Of a DNA stretch of 64,000 nt, positions 43,272 through 54,912 are shown piece after piece. The stretch is from Trypanosoma brucei (Eukaryota), in assembly GCA_000002445.1 (NCBI GenBank), contig CP000071.1, positions 1,792,001 to 1,856,000 on the forward strand, given 5' to 3'. Within the stretch, counting starts at the first letter, position 1. Every line of letters begins with the position of its first letter. The translations under genes and the position numbers were made by a program. The notes under the pieces were generated by a model. That model was not told the DNA's origin. It ran no database searches and saw only the letters and a list, made by a program, of their open reading frames with translations.

Positions 43272-44243
43272 TAATTCGCAACGCGAAATTCAAAGATGAC
43301 CGTATGTCCATCAACACGAACTGAAGGCACTCCTTCAAAGTACCTATAAGTCCTTCATGGTACATTTTCCGGTATTCATGCGTCGTAGGTGCCTAATTTT
43401 CATTGTCGTTGCCATTATTGGTTGGCCTTCCTCCCATAACTTCAGACAGTAGTCCGTTGAACTGATGCAAGCACGCGCCTTCCGAAGGATAATGTAGCAT
43501 AACACGGTTACCTTGTCAGGTGCGAGGAGGCTCCGTGATTGAGTGGGCAAAAAAAAAGAAAAAGAATAAACAAATAAATAATGAAATGGGGAGGGAGGGA
43601 GGGAAGAGAGGCAATGGAAAGAATCTGAAGTGGGAAGTGGGAAGGAATTTGACAGGTGAGGAAAGTACGAGGAACCGTGTGACTCCCGCACACAAGTTGC
43701 ACTTCCGCGAATACTGTCAAAGTGCGCGACTTTGTTTTCTCCTCTTCCTAATGACAATTTGTGTGTCGTTTCACCTACTCTAAGGATTTTTTTTTCGTCG
43801 ACTCGCATTTGTGTCTTGCCAGAATTGGGTGTACTTCGCTCCTCTTCTTCTTCATTCTCATTTTCATCCTTTAACATCTCGCGAACAAACGTGCATACAT
43901 AAATTCCCCGCATTTTTTTTTTGGCGGACAAAAGTAACGAGCCCAAATCCAGTGTGGGAGAAAGGACAAAAGAAAACAACAGGCAAGCGAACAAGGTTGT
44001 GGTGGGCTGGAGTAAAGAAATATATTATTTTTCTATTTGGTGTATTTTATATTTCGCTTCTCCACAATAGCCATATACAAAAAAAAAACACCAATAACAA
44101 TATAAAATAAATAACAGCAAGCAATCAGCCTTTCAAACGGCAATAATCTGGAAGGGAGCAAATAAACTAATAGACAAACGGAAAACAGAAATATAAAGGA
44201 AGTGGATTACTCGAATCGTAACTTTAACTTCAGTGATATCAAT

Positions 44244-45254
44244 ATGAAGAAGGCTTTGATCTCGGATTTCTTTCGTGAGGGAGTAAATGTGGCTGCGCGG
44301 GGTGTAAGCGAATGCAATGGAGCTACTGCGCCTCAACTTCATTCTCGGTGTGATTCCAGCATAGATGATGTGGACAACCGAAGTGTTGGTTGTTGTCACA
44401 GTCGTTGCGATAGCGCAGGGAGCGAGTGGGTGTGCCCTGAACTGCATGAGAAACGCTCAGAGCGGGAAATCCTCCTCCTCACTCCATCCGTCGCCGCGCC
44501 CCAACATTACGACAAAAGAGAAAAGTTAAATGAAGCCGATTCCCTACACTTGAAACATGCAGCGGAGTATGAAATCATCGTCCCTGCTGTGGCCCGCGCG
44601 CTTCAACATGTGGTGGAGGCTCATGAAACCTGGCGGCTGGAGATGTCTTCATCTGCTGGTGGCATACGTGTGCGGAAAAGTCTCATTTCCAACAGTAGTG
44701 CCGCACATGCTGCTACAGATGTTGCTGCTGCATGTGGTTCTGAGGGCACCGTGAGAGAAAAGAAAAGGAATCACTATCCGCAGGTATTTGAATCAGCAGT
44801 GCCTCCACCCTTCACGCTCCTCCACTACGTGCAGATGCTGGCAAACCATACATTTGTATCGCCATCCGTCCTTGTTGCAGCGTGTTTATATACAGATCGA
44901 TTTATTGAACAGTGGTCCGACTTGCGGTTAACATTGAACAATGTATTCAAGATCTTTCTTACGGCTGTGCGCGTTGCCAACAAAATTCTGGACATTAGAG
45001 TACTAAATAATGAGGACTTCGCCGCTGTTGGTGGGGTGAGTAACCCGGAACTCAATGCCATGGAAAAGATATTTACATGGGGTCTACGATTTGACTTGTA
45101 CATCAGCTCAACGGAGTTTGACCGGTACGTCACCGGTCTCATGTCTCAATCTTCCACAAAACCTTTTAAGCAGGTCGGTTGCACTTGCAAAATCACGAAG
45201 TCAAACATTATGATTGAGGTACCTGCAGAGGCAGTGGAAGGCGCAGCAGTTTGA
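44244..45254 (+). CDS. CYC10: PHO80-like cyclin (probably the gene named CYC10 in T. brucei)
   Basis: The track start is a GTG; the first ATG is at 44244. PHO80-type cyclin box …LLHYVQMLANHTFVSPSVLVAACLYTDRF…IFLTAVRVANKILDIRVLNNEDFAAVGGVSNPELNAMEKIFTWGLRFDLYISSTEFDRYV…. The name comes from locus order recalled from memory and needs checking. Confidence 0.55.
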   Translation: MKKALISDFFREGVNVAARGVSECNGATAPQLHSRCDSSIDDVDNRSVGCCHSRCDSAGSEWVCPELHEKRSEREILLLTPSVAAPQHYDKREKLNEADSLHLKHAAEYEIIVPAVARALQHVVEAHETWRLEMSSSAGGIRVRKSLISNSSAAHAATDVAAACGSEGTVREKKRNHYPQVFESAVPPPFTLLHYVQMLANHTFVSPSVLVAACLYTDRFIEQWSDLRLTLNNVFKIFLTAVRVANKILDIRVLNNEDFAAVGGVSNPELNAMEKIFTWGLRFDLYISSTEFDRYVTGLMSQSSTKPFKQVGCTCKITKSNIMIEVPAEAVEGAAV

Positions 45255-46385
45255 GCAAATCTCTCCTTTTTCATACCATAATATAATATTATTGGTAGTT
45301 CTCCTTCTTATCTTATCTTCTTCATCTTTTTTTCATATTCTCTTTTTTTTTCAAGTTTTTGTCTCCTTATGAGAGGTTGGTTGACAAGTGACTGCAACGA
45401 AATGCTTAGGCAAAAGTGAGAGGGGGAAAGTTTTTAAAAAAAGAAAAGAAGTGAGATATATGTGTGAAACAATGAGAGATTATTTTAAGTTCATTACTTA
45501 CCAATTTGTTTTCTCCTTTGGGTGCGAGTTAGGTTAAGGGAGAAATAAATCAATTACCACGGGATATAAATGTTTATATTTGTGTGAGTGCTTTTGTTTT
45601 TTTTTGCTTTATTTTTATTTGTCCGTGATTTTTTCTTTCCATTTCCTCTTTGTTTTTCATTTTCTGAGAGCTTCTTCTTGTTGTTGAGCGGAAGTTTCCA
45701 ACTGTTTTGTTTTTGTTTTTACCATCATTTACTTCCTTCTATTTCTTATTTTTCATTAATTCATTCAGTTTTTTTTGTTTTTGTTACGCCTTATTTACTT
45801 CTCTTCCCCACCACTATCATTTTCTTTTTGTTGTTGTTGAAGAAAGTTTTGTTCTTTTTTTTTTTTTTGATCGATTGATTTTGTTGTTTTTAGTTTGTTT
45901 GTTTTTGTTGTTTTTGTTGTTTGTGTGTTGCAATCGGCTGTGAAGATTTGCGTTTTTGTTTTTTTTTTGTGTGTGTGTGTTTGTTTTGGGGAAAAATAAA
46001 CGCCGTGGCGGCTTCACCATGCTTTTTTTTATTGTTTTTGCTTATGAAAAGGGATAATTTTTTTTTTTTAAAAAGAAAGTGATAAGTAACAAAGAGAAAT
46101 TTTTTTAAAAAAAGGTTAAAGTGCGTGGGGTAGAAATCAAAAAGAAAATGAAGAGAAAGAAAGTTTTTTCTTCTGCTTTTGTTGTGCCACTGCGAAGCTA
46201 AATGAAAGAGGGGAAGTAAACAAGTATATAAGTATATATTTATGTTTATTTATGTATACTTGTTTAAATGTACATTTATGTACAAATGAGGCAAACCAAA
46301 AAAAAAAGCAGAGGAAAAGAGGATTTTCTTCCCTTTTTATTTTATTTTTTTCTTTTGGATTCACTCCTGTTACGCATTGTTACGC

Positions 46386-46436
46386 CTTTATGTATTATTA
46401 TCATTATCATTATTATTATTATTACTATTATTATTC
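46386..46436. repeat. (ATT)n/(ATTATC)n trinucleotide microsatellite
   Basis: attatcattatcattattattattattactattattatt; this accounts for the poly-Tyr spurious ORF 46252-46491. Confidence 0.8.
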
Positions 46437-46715
46437 GGAAAGTATGACGATAAAAGTGAGAAGGCGAGTAGGTGAAATCACTCATATTTAAAGAAAAAGA
46501 AAAGGGTTGAAGGGAAGGAAAACAGAATGTATTCAAATGTATGCTTGTGTTTGTCTCTTTTTTTTTTATATATATTTTTCGAAAAAAAAAAAAGGAAGGG
46601 AAAAAAATGGACTTGCACTGGGAAACTTACAATAAAAGCAACTTATATTTGAAAGCAATAGGACGAAATAATATTAAATGAAGTGGTAATTTAATATTTT
46701 GTTCAATGTTAAATT

Positions 46716-46748
46716 TTCCCTTCCCCTCCCCCTCCCCCTCCCCCCTCT
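46716..46748. repeat. (CCCCT)n C-rich repeat (G-quadruplex-capable on the minus strand)
   Basis: cccttcccctccccctccccctcccccctc. Confidence 0.75.
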
Positions 46749-48065
46749 TTCGATTCCTTTTCTTTTTTGCTTTATTATCGTCATAACTATAACAATAATT
46801 ATTATTACTATCATTGTTACTTCTTTTATCATTATAATAATTTTCTATTAATATCATTTATTATTATTATTATTTATATTTGTGTGTAAGGCGCTGAAAG
46901 TAGCAGGAGAAGGAAAAAATAAAATAAAATAAAGACCAAAGAAAATATCAAAGAAAATAGCGAAGCAGAGATAAAATGATGAAATTATTAAAGAGTCAAT
47001 GGGTGTATTTAAGTGAATTGAGTGAATTTGCATTTGGAAGGTTTGGGAATTGAAATAATAACGGTGAGGGAGTTTTGATGGCTAACGGTGAGAAATGGAA
47101 ATAGAGAGAGTTTGTTTTTTTTTTGGTTTGTTTTTTTTTTGGTTTGTTTTTTTTTGGTGATTTACTTTCGCGACCCCTGCAGTTATTGTTGCGACCTCTG
47201 GATTTGTTCCACAGGGCTGCAGGTTTCTTTCACCTGTTATCTTTTTGTTTTATTTTGTTTTGTATTGCTTTTCACAAAAAAAAGAGAAAAAAAATAATAA
47301 TAATAAACGAAAAACTTTTTGTATAATGGTGCGTCACGTTTCATACAAACCATATCTTTAATATTTATATTTATCCATTTATTTACAAATAAATATTTAT
47401 AGTTATTTATCCCACTTCACTTCATCATGAGGTATATTCCGCTTCTAAACATAAATGTACCGGAATTTCTACCCTCTTTTTTTAAAAAAAAATAAAAATA
47501 AAAAGAATACTGACGGTTTTCATGCGAGTAACAAACTAAAAGCAAATAATTATTACCGTTGTGTTGTATGCTCATACGGTTGTTCAAAGCGTAGAGGTAA
47601 AAAAGAGAAGAAGAATAATAATAATAGTTTTATATTATTATTTTTTAAAAAAAGAAAGAAAGAAAGAAGAGAAAAATTAAAAATAAGAATAAAATTTTTC
47701 ATACCACCGTTCTTCCTGTCCTTGTCATCCTTCACCATTGAATTCCTTCAACTCTGTCCCCAATTGCAAAAGTCGCTTTTGCTTTCGTGTGTGTTTGCGT
47801 GTGTTTTTTTTCCTCCCTTCCCCCTTTAATTTCATTATTTTAAATTTATTTCTCTACAGCAACACCTCCTCACATCTTTCATTTCATTTCATTTTTTTTA
47901 TTGAAAACGTCAACATCTTTCGGTTTATATCTTTCGTTCCATTCATCGTTTTTTTTTCTTCTTCTCGTTGTTGTTGTTGTTGTTGTTTTCGCCATGTGGG
48001 CATGCGGGTGTATTTTCCCATTTCTTTTTATCTTTTGAGAATAAAATTTTTATACCGAATTTTTT

Positions 48066-48067
<2 letters not shown>

Positions 48068-48098
<31 letters not shown>
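48068..48098. repeat. (AT)15 microsatellite
   Basis: atatatatatatatatatatatatatatatat. Confidence 0.85.
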
Positions 48099-48101
<3 letters not shown>

Positions 48102-49842
48102 TTCCCCTTTTAATTTTATTTTTCAAACTTCACACCCCACACACACCCGCCTCACACATTCAAACAGACAAATACGCGCAAGCACGCGTGGTAAAAAAAA
48201 TAATAATAATAATAAATAAATAAAAATAGAAAAAGAGACATCCACGTCTTATTATCAGTAATATTAACACTAATGATTATTATTATCGTTATTATATCAA
48301 TGGTTATAATAATTATTGTTGTTATCATTACTGATGGATCCTTTTGGCGTGTTCATAAACAAACACCCGTCCCTTTTTGTATATATTTATTATTTATATC
48401 TACTTGTGAACGTTTATTATTACTATAAGGAAAAACAACAGCAACGATAAGGTGAAAGGAAAAAAGAAAAAAATAAAGTATGAAAGGAAAAAACAAAAAA
48501 AGAATAATGATGAAAAGAAAGTCATATAGGTTCCATGTCATTTTATTACCCTTTTTCTTTTTGACGCTGCTTTATGTTTTTTTTATATGTTTATATTTAT
48601 ATTTTCTTTTTCTTTTCGTTAATTTTTATACAGGTCTTCCATAACATTTTAAATCTAATTTGTTATTATTACTATCATTACAGTTTTTTTTTTCTTTGGG
48701 TCGTTAACACTGTTTCATATCCATGCTTGGATGTTAGTGTTTGACCGGAAGCGTCATCGGAAAATCATTTTCGACCATTTTTTTTTTTACTTTTCTTTCT
48801 TTTTTTGTATTTGCATATGTTCTTTTCTTTTCTTTTTTTTTCCTCATTCTTTTTTTGTTTGCGAATTAAAGGTAATGAGGCAAAAATACTTTGGTGGTCG
48901 CCTCTTACATGTGTTCATGTTCATGTTTATGTTTATGTTTATGTGTGTGTCTGTGTTTTGACTTTATGAGTAGTTGGATGCCGATTTTACGTCAGAATTA
49001 CATTTCACAACACATTTCCCATTCACTTCTTTTTTTTTTCCTCGCTATTGTTTCGCTTACTTTTCCATTCCATAATTCGCAATGGATGCGCAAGTGCTCG
49101 TATTTTGTTTTTTTTTTGTTGTTGTTGTTGCATTACGTGCTATTGATATTGTTTACTTCTATCGGTAATGCGTGATCATCTCTTATTTAATCAATCAAGT
49201 ATTTATTCTTCCTTATTTCTTTTTTCTATCTTACTATTTTGATAATCATTTATTAGTGAAAGTAAAAGGAATTGTTGTCATTAGGAAGTATAAGTTGAGA
49301 ATCAAATAGAATAAAAAGTTGCATCAAGCTGATAAACGACCTGAGACAAACGGCACGAAGAAATAGGGAAGGAAAATACGACAATTAGACAATCACAGCA
49401 TTTGAGGTTATATATATATATATATCTCTGTGTGTGTGTGTGTGCGTTTCATTATTTCCTTTGGGATTTTTAATTCTCCAGTGAAAATAAGGCATTTTCA
49501 CTACAACTGATTGATCGATACCCACTTTTCTCTCTCTCTTTCTCTTTCCTTTCACCGTTGGGCACAAAGTACTCCGTTTATCCCCTTGTTTCCTGGGTTT
49601 TTGTTACGCAGACGCAAAAGTGTCTGAAAATAAGAGGATAGGCAAAAAAAAAAAAGTAATACAAAAGGGAAGAAATTTCTTTCCTTTTTTTTCTTTTTTG
49701 CAGAAGGGAAACAAAAAGAAGTACAAAGTTATTGATAGTATTATTTAATCTCTCTAAATCCGGTGACTTGCGCCGCTATTGTTGACTGCTTCACCGACAG
49801 CATTATTTTTTTTTTTTTGTCGACTCTCCACGCTTCGCTCAC

Positions 49843-52206
49843 ATGACTGCTCAAACCCCCTCAGGGAAGGCGCATTGCGCTGATCATCAGACGGCTGATA
49901 TGTCGTTGTGGGAACTACCAGTGGATGAACCGTTTCCCCTCGTACAGTTGGTACTTTCTATCCATACACTTTACAATCTCCCGCCGGAACTGGGCCGACT
50001 TGACCCACGCTATGAGCAATTAGAAATTGTGATGTGGCCGGTTGTGAAGTACACATATCGTGAGCGGCGAATCATGCATCTCCCATTACCGGAGCACGTC
50101 TTTCCTGTCTCTGTTACCGCCATGGTGTTGCGAGGTGACACATATTTGATTGACTTTGATGGTATAAAGAAGGATGCCACATGTGAGTCAAGCACTTCAC
50201 TGAGCAGTTCTCCATCATTGGAAGCCCCAGAGGGAAGCAGTGGCGAGCAACCCGTTATTGTAAAGGGAAACTCCGCCACGCTACAGTTCCCGTGTCCCAC
50301 TGGGTTGAGGGCGGTGGTTCGGGTCTCAATTGGAGTCCGCCAGCGCCGGTTAGGCTTCTCTGCAGTGCGGTGGATCACTGAAAACGCAAATCCACGTACC
50401 ACATCGGATGGCATTGGCGTCTTTTCAGTTGCAACGGAGGAGGTTTATCGGACGAAGTTAGTCACACGTGTTGTGGGCCACAGCGTTGGTGCCATGATTT
50501 GCTCTCTTGGGGTCAACCCGTATGATGGTCGCGACGTTATTGTGCAGCGCCTCCTACGCGACAAGGAGCGGTTTACTTCCACATACGTCTCCCAGAGGCC
50601 CGTGCTGGAAAAGGCGAATGTAGAGGCGATGCTGCGAGATGGCTACAGTGAGCAGCTGATTTACCGTCACATGCTTTTGCTTGTCGAACCCAATCACTAC
50701 AAGATGAGGTTGGAAGCCCTATTCACAATGTACGATCTCAATAGGCGCCCGAGTTGGTGGAGAGACTCGTTGCTTCAGACTGATTACATTCTGCGGGAGG
50801 AGGAACTTATTCGACGTGTGTGTGTAGAGATCGGACCTGAATGCAGTGCAACATCCCCACGCTACCGTCTGTGGGCGTTCCGCAAAAAGTATTCCCTCAG
50901 TGAGACGAGTATTGTTTCATGCTTGCGGCCCATTATCAACTCCAGTGTTACTGAAGCACTTCTCTCCGAACCGGGGACCATTTTCGCTGCACTCACTCGC
51001 CGTTTCGGGTGCGAACCGCTGCCAACGGCGTATCTCTTTCCACCGCGAAGTTACGAAGGGGAGTATCGTACATTTATCTTTGAAGCACTGAGCCTTCCGC
51101 TGGGGCCGTTTATGGGTAAGTACACTGACGTGTCACACATCGCACGGGCCAAAAGGGCCCCTTTCACATCGTCACCGTACGAGCAGCCGCTTGCAAAGGT
51201 TGCGGCGGGAAGTCCGCACGGTGGCGTGATGAGTGAAGTGGATGCACTGCGCGCGAAGCATGCACCGGAGTTTGTACAGATTGTGCCTCCTATTGCCGCT
51301 GCGTTACGCGCCGTAGTGGAGCAGAGTGGGAAGTTACCACTGGAACAACAAGAAAAGGCGAACGCGGTAACACATATCTTCTGTGAGAGGCAAATGTCCC
51401 CGCAGGGGCCCTTCCATGATTTCATGCACCGACTGGCGGATCTGACGTTTATTTCACCCGCTACACTTCTTGGAGCGGCAATACTCCTTGACCGCCTCTG
51501 TATGCGGCGGCCTGATATCCTTGTCACGGAGTTGAATGCACCACGTCTCTTCCTCACCTCTGCGCGCGTTGTGTCGAAGGTTCTGGAGCTGCGGAGCGTC
51601 AGCAACCGTTGCTTCGCCAACGCCTTCGGGGTGAATACCAAGACGCTTAACCTGTGGGAAGAATTCTTTATCAAGATGCTCAAGTTTGACCTCTGCATTA
51701 AGCCACAGGAATTCAAGGAGTACACAAACTTACTTTTTACGTCGGGTGCCCCGCCAGTGCGGGTAGCGGCTTCTCCAATATCGAGATTCCGCATTCATAA
51801 CGACAATTTGTGCACGCGGATGGGGTCTCTAACGCGGAAATGTGAAGCAACAACAGCGCTGTCGAGCAGGTCCCTCCGCTCCACAGCCGTTGAAATACCA
51901 AACATGTACACCTACAACAAAAGGTACGGCCCGAGGCAAGGCGCAGATACTGGTTTGGATGGCAGCAATGTTGTTATTGGGCGTGAGGATGATGCAAGAA
52001 ACGCTAGTGCTGCACGGGACATAAAAGCTGCAGCAGGAGGCTCGGGCGGCTCATTGAGTACTTTTGAAGCTGGAACTATGGGTTGTTTATCACACGTAAA
52101 TGACGTGGGGATCCGACGGGGTACAGAACCGACCATTTTGCCTCGAAAAATATGCAATGGAAGGAATTTGAGCCCCTGTCTGACCGTGGCAAGGCGAGGG
52201 AGTTGA
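49843..52206 (+). CDS. CYC11: PHO80-like cyclin with a long N-terminal extension (probably CYC11), paralogue of the upstream cyclin
   Basis: 787 aa. The cyclin box …FMHRLADLTFISPATLLGAAILLDRLC…LFLTSARVVSKVLELRSVSNRCFANAFGVNTKTLNLWEEFFIKMLKFDLCIKPQEFKEYT… is clearly paralogous to 44244-45254, including the preceding …IVPPIAAALRAVVEQ… / …IIVPAVARALQHVVEA… segment. Confidence 0.55.
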   Translation: MTAQTPSGKAHCADHQTADMSLWELPVDEPFPLVQLVLSIHTLYNLPPELGRLDPRYEQLEIVMWPVVKYTYRERRIMHLPLPEHVFPVSVTAMVLRGDTYLIDFDGIKKDATCESSTSLSSSPSLEAPEGSSGEQPVIVKGNSATLQFPCPTGLRAVVRVSIGVRQRRLGFSAVRWITENANPRTTSDGIGVFSVATEEVYRTKLVTRVVGHSVGAMICSLGVNPYDGRDVIVQRLLRDKERFTSTYVSQRPVLEKANVEAMLRDGYSEQLIYRHMLLLVEPNHYKMRLEALFTMYDLNRRPSWWRDSLLQTDYILREEELIRRVCVEIGPECSATSPRYRLWAFRKKYSLSETSIVSCLRPIINSSVTEALLSEPGTIFAALTRRFGCEPLPTAYLFPPRSYEGEYRTFIFEALSLPLGPFMGKYTDVSHIARAKRAPFTSSPYEQPLAKVAAGSPHGGVMSEVDALRAKHAPEFVQIVPPIAAALRAVVEQSGKLPLEQQEKANAVTHIFCERQMSPQGPFHDFMHRLADLTFISPATLLGAAILLDRLCMRRPDILVTELNAPRLFLTSARVVSKVLELRSVSNRCFANAFGVNTKTLNLWEEFFIKMLKFDLCIKPQEFKEYTNLLFTSGAPPVRVAASPISRFRIHNDNLCTRMGSLTRKCEATTALSSRSLRSTAVEIPNMYTYNKRYGPRQGADTGLDGSNVVIGREDDARNASAARDIKAAAGGSGGSLSTFEAGTMGCLSHVNDVGIRRGTEPTILPRKICNGRNLSPCLTVARRGS

Positions 52207-52770
52207 AACTATGGCAGATTATGCACACCAGAACTTTCCTCACATTTTCGTTTTTGAGTTACTGTTTTTTTAATTTATTTCCTTACCTTCCCTTCCCTCC
52301 GTTTCTCTTCGCATGAATAAACGGAAATGTTGTAGAATGACAGAGCTGCGATACTTATGGGGTATGGTGTCTCTAATAAGTGAAGTGTGAACTTGGTACC
52401 CACCCCCTTCCTCTCCAGAGTAAAATAAAGGGGGGAAAGCAGAGCAAAGTGAAGAAAGAAGAAAGAAGAAAGAAAAACGCTCATATTTGTGGTGTTTGTT
52501 CTTTTTTTACCTTTCTTTTCCTCGTCCATATATATATATATATATGTGTGTGTGTGCTTTCCTCTAGTTTTCCATGTTTGTTATTTGACTACTATCATTT
52601 CCATCAGTGTTTTATACTTGTCAACACATCGTATCGATATATCGCCATTTTATACATATTTTTATAATTATATCTTTTTTATTAAATTTGGATTTGCCAG
52701 TGTTTCTGTCCTTCTTTCTTTTTTTGTTTTTTGTTTTAATATTCACCTTCTTCTCAACACTTCCTATGCA

Positions 52771-52806
<36 letters not shown>

Positions 52807-54912
52807 GCGCACAGACAACTTTCAGTCGTTGTTATGTCAGCGCCTGCATGGCTGCGTTGTTTTTTTTTTCCTTGTTTAACTTTTGCGTGTTTTTCTTTTT
52901 TGAGAAACTCGTACTATCGGTGTAACGAAATGAATTGATAATAGCAAAGCAAAGCGAATGGGAAAAATATGCGCGTTTGAATGATTGAGAACCTCAAGTG
53001 TAAAGAAGAAAGATGAACAAAAAAAATGGGAAGTGTGGAGGAAGTGAAAAGAAAAGAAAAGAAAAGAGGGAAAGGGGATATGCAAATGGTTATATCGAGA
53101 ATTCTTTTAATTCCCCTCCTTCAGAGGTGTAACTTAGGCATTAAATAACGAATTTAGTTTAAATTTAAATTAATTTGTTGGTCCGGAAGAAAAAGGAAGA
53201 GAGAAAAATAGGAAAAGTGGGAAGTCTGCAAATTTGATGTTAATCCCCGAAAGCCCACTGAGTGTATTTATATGCACATTTGTGTGTTTGTGAGAGTTTT
53301 CATGTCGCACGACTGCGGGCTTGTATTTGGTTTTTTTTCGCCTCTCACCATTGTTTTCACATATGTGTGTATTATAAATACTCTCATTATTATTATTATT
53401 GTTATTATTTATAGATATTATTATTACTATTGCTGTTGTTGTTGTTGTTTTCGGCATTGTGCATTCCTTGGTATGTGCTACTTAGAGCCATGTCATAGGT
53501 TCCCTCTGCTCTTTACTCCCGTTCTCCCGCACTTCCCCCCTTCGCTTAATTAATTATAACAGTTATTATTTTCACGGTCTCAGGTGCAAATCTACAAAGA
53601 CTTTGTTTCATTATATATTTTTACGGTCGATTCTGTTTGCTTATGTGATAATATTGTTTTTTATGTATGTGAGTGAAGAGACTAAAAGGGATTTCAAAAA
53701 AATTTAATGCTAAATGAGTGGTCGTAGAGAATGAAATTTAATGAGTTGATGATGAAAATGTGGGAAAGAGAATGGGCAGTAAACAGAAACTAATTTTAAA
53801 GCAAATAAAAGTAAGAAAGTGAGTGTGAATACGGAAATATTGATGGAAAGATGAATAAAGCGCGAGGGAACGGCAAAGAGAAGGAGAGGAATGGCACATA
53901 AAATAATGAACCCCTCATATCTCTTTTTGTTTTGTGTGTGTGTGTGTGTATATATGGGTGTGTTACCTTTTCGTTTTCTCCTCTCCTCGTATGAGTTTGT
54001 GTACAATTGTTGTTTTCTTTCCCCCCTTTTATTGGTTCACCCCTCTGGTGTGACCCTTTGGGTTCTTGTTTAGTCTACTGCCATGTGGCACTTCGTCAAC
54101 CTCTGTGAGTTACCCTTTTACAGACATTTTAGTTTGTCCGTTCACTAGCTTTTCACGCACGCGCTGTTTGTTTGCTTCCTTTCGGTTTTTGTTTTGTTTC
54201 AGCCACGCCATTGAAACTGTAGAAAATGAGGGAAAGGGTAGAAAAGGAGTTACGGCCGTTAGCTTCATTACGTCATCCAAAATATATGCGTTTTTGTTGT
54301 TATTGTTGTCTCTGTTTTTTTTTGGGGGGGTTCCGGGAAGCGGGTGCCGCGAGGGTAGCCGCCGAGTTTTTCCAGCCGTTATCCGCGTACGTTCGTGGGC
54401 GCAAATGCTTTGTTTTATTTCAATTTTTTTTCATTTTTTTACTTTTTATTTTTCTGACTTTTTTGTTCTTGAGTGGGTTTCTGTAGTATTTGGGGTGTAT
54501 CGCCACGAAATCGCCACAACTGTTCGTTTTCCCCCAGGATTCCCTCCTTTTCAATATATGCAATACACAGCTTTACCTCCGGGAGCAGCGCCTTAGAGAT
54601 TTCGGTACGCAAAGGAAGAAATAAACATATGTGTATATGTTACTGTTCATTTAAAATATATACGTGTGGAGTGTGACTGAGTGCACGTCAGTGTCTCGTT
54701 TCAGAAGTAGTGAACGGTCTCTTGTTCTAATCCTGTCAGTAGCTTCTCTTGTGCTTTAGCCTTCACATAATTTGATCCACAGGCCCAATTCATACTACAT
54801 TATTAACCCCCGTCGAGGCGCGGACATTCACAGGAAAGGCACACGCAGAAAGGGATATAAAAGGAAAGGGAAGGGGAAAAAAAAACCGGTGCTGCAATAG
54901 CGGCTTTGGCAT

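Noticed and set aside
43344-43994. 216-aa minus-strand ORF in the PLAA-cyclin spacer
   Set aside because: The translation is low-complexity (poly-E and poly-S/F runs) and derives from purine/pyrimidine tracts. Nothing around it supports a minus-strand gene.
46252-46491. ORF encoding a poly-Tyr/His run (…YYYHYHYYYYYYYY…)
   Set aside because: Direct translation of the (ATT)n/(ATC)n microsatellite at 46386-46436; not a gene.
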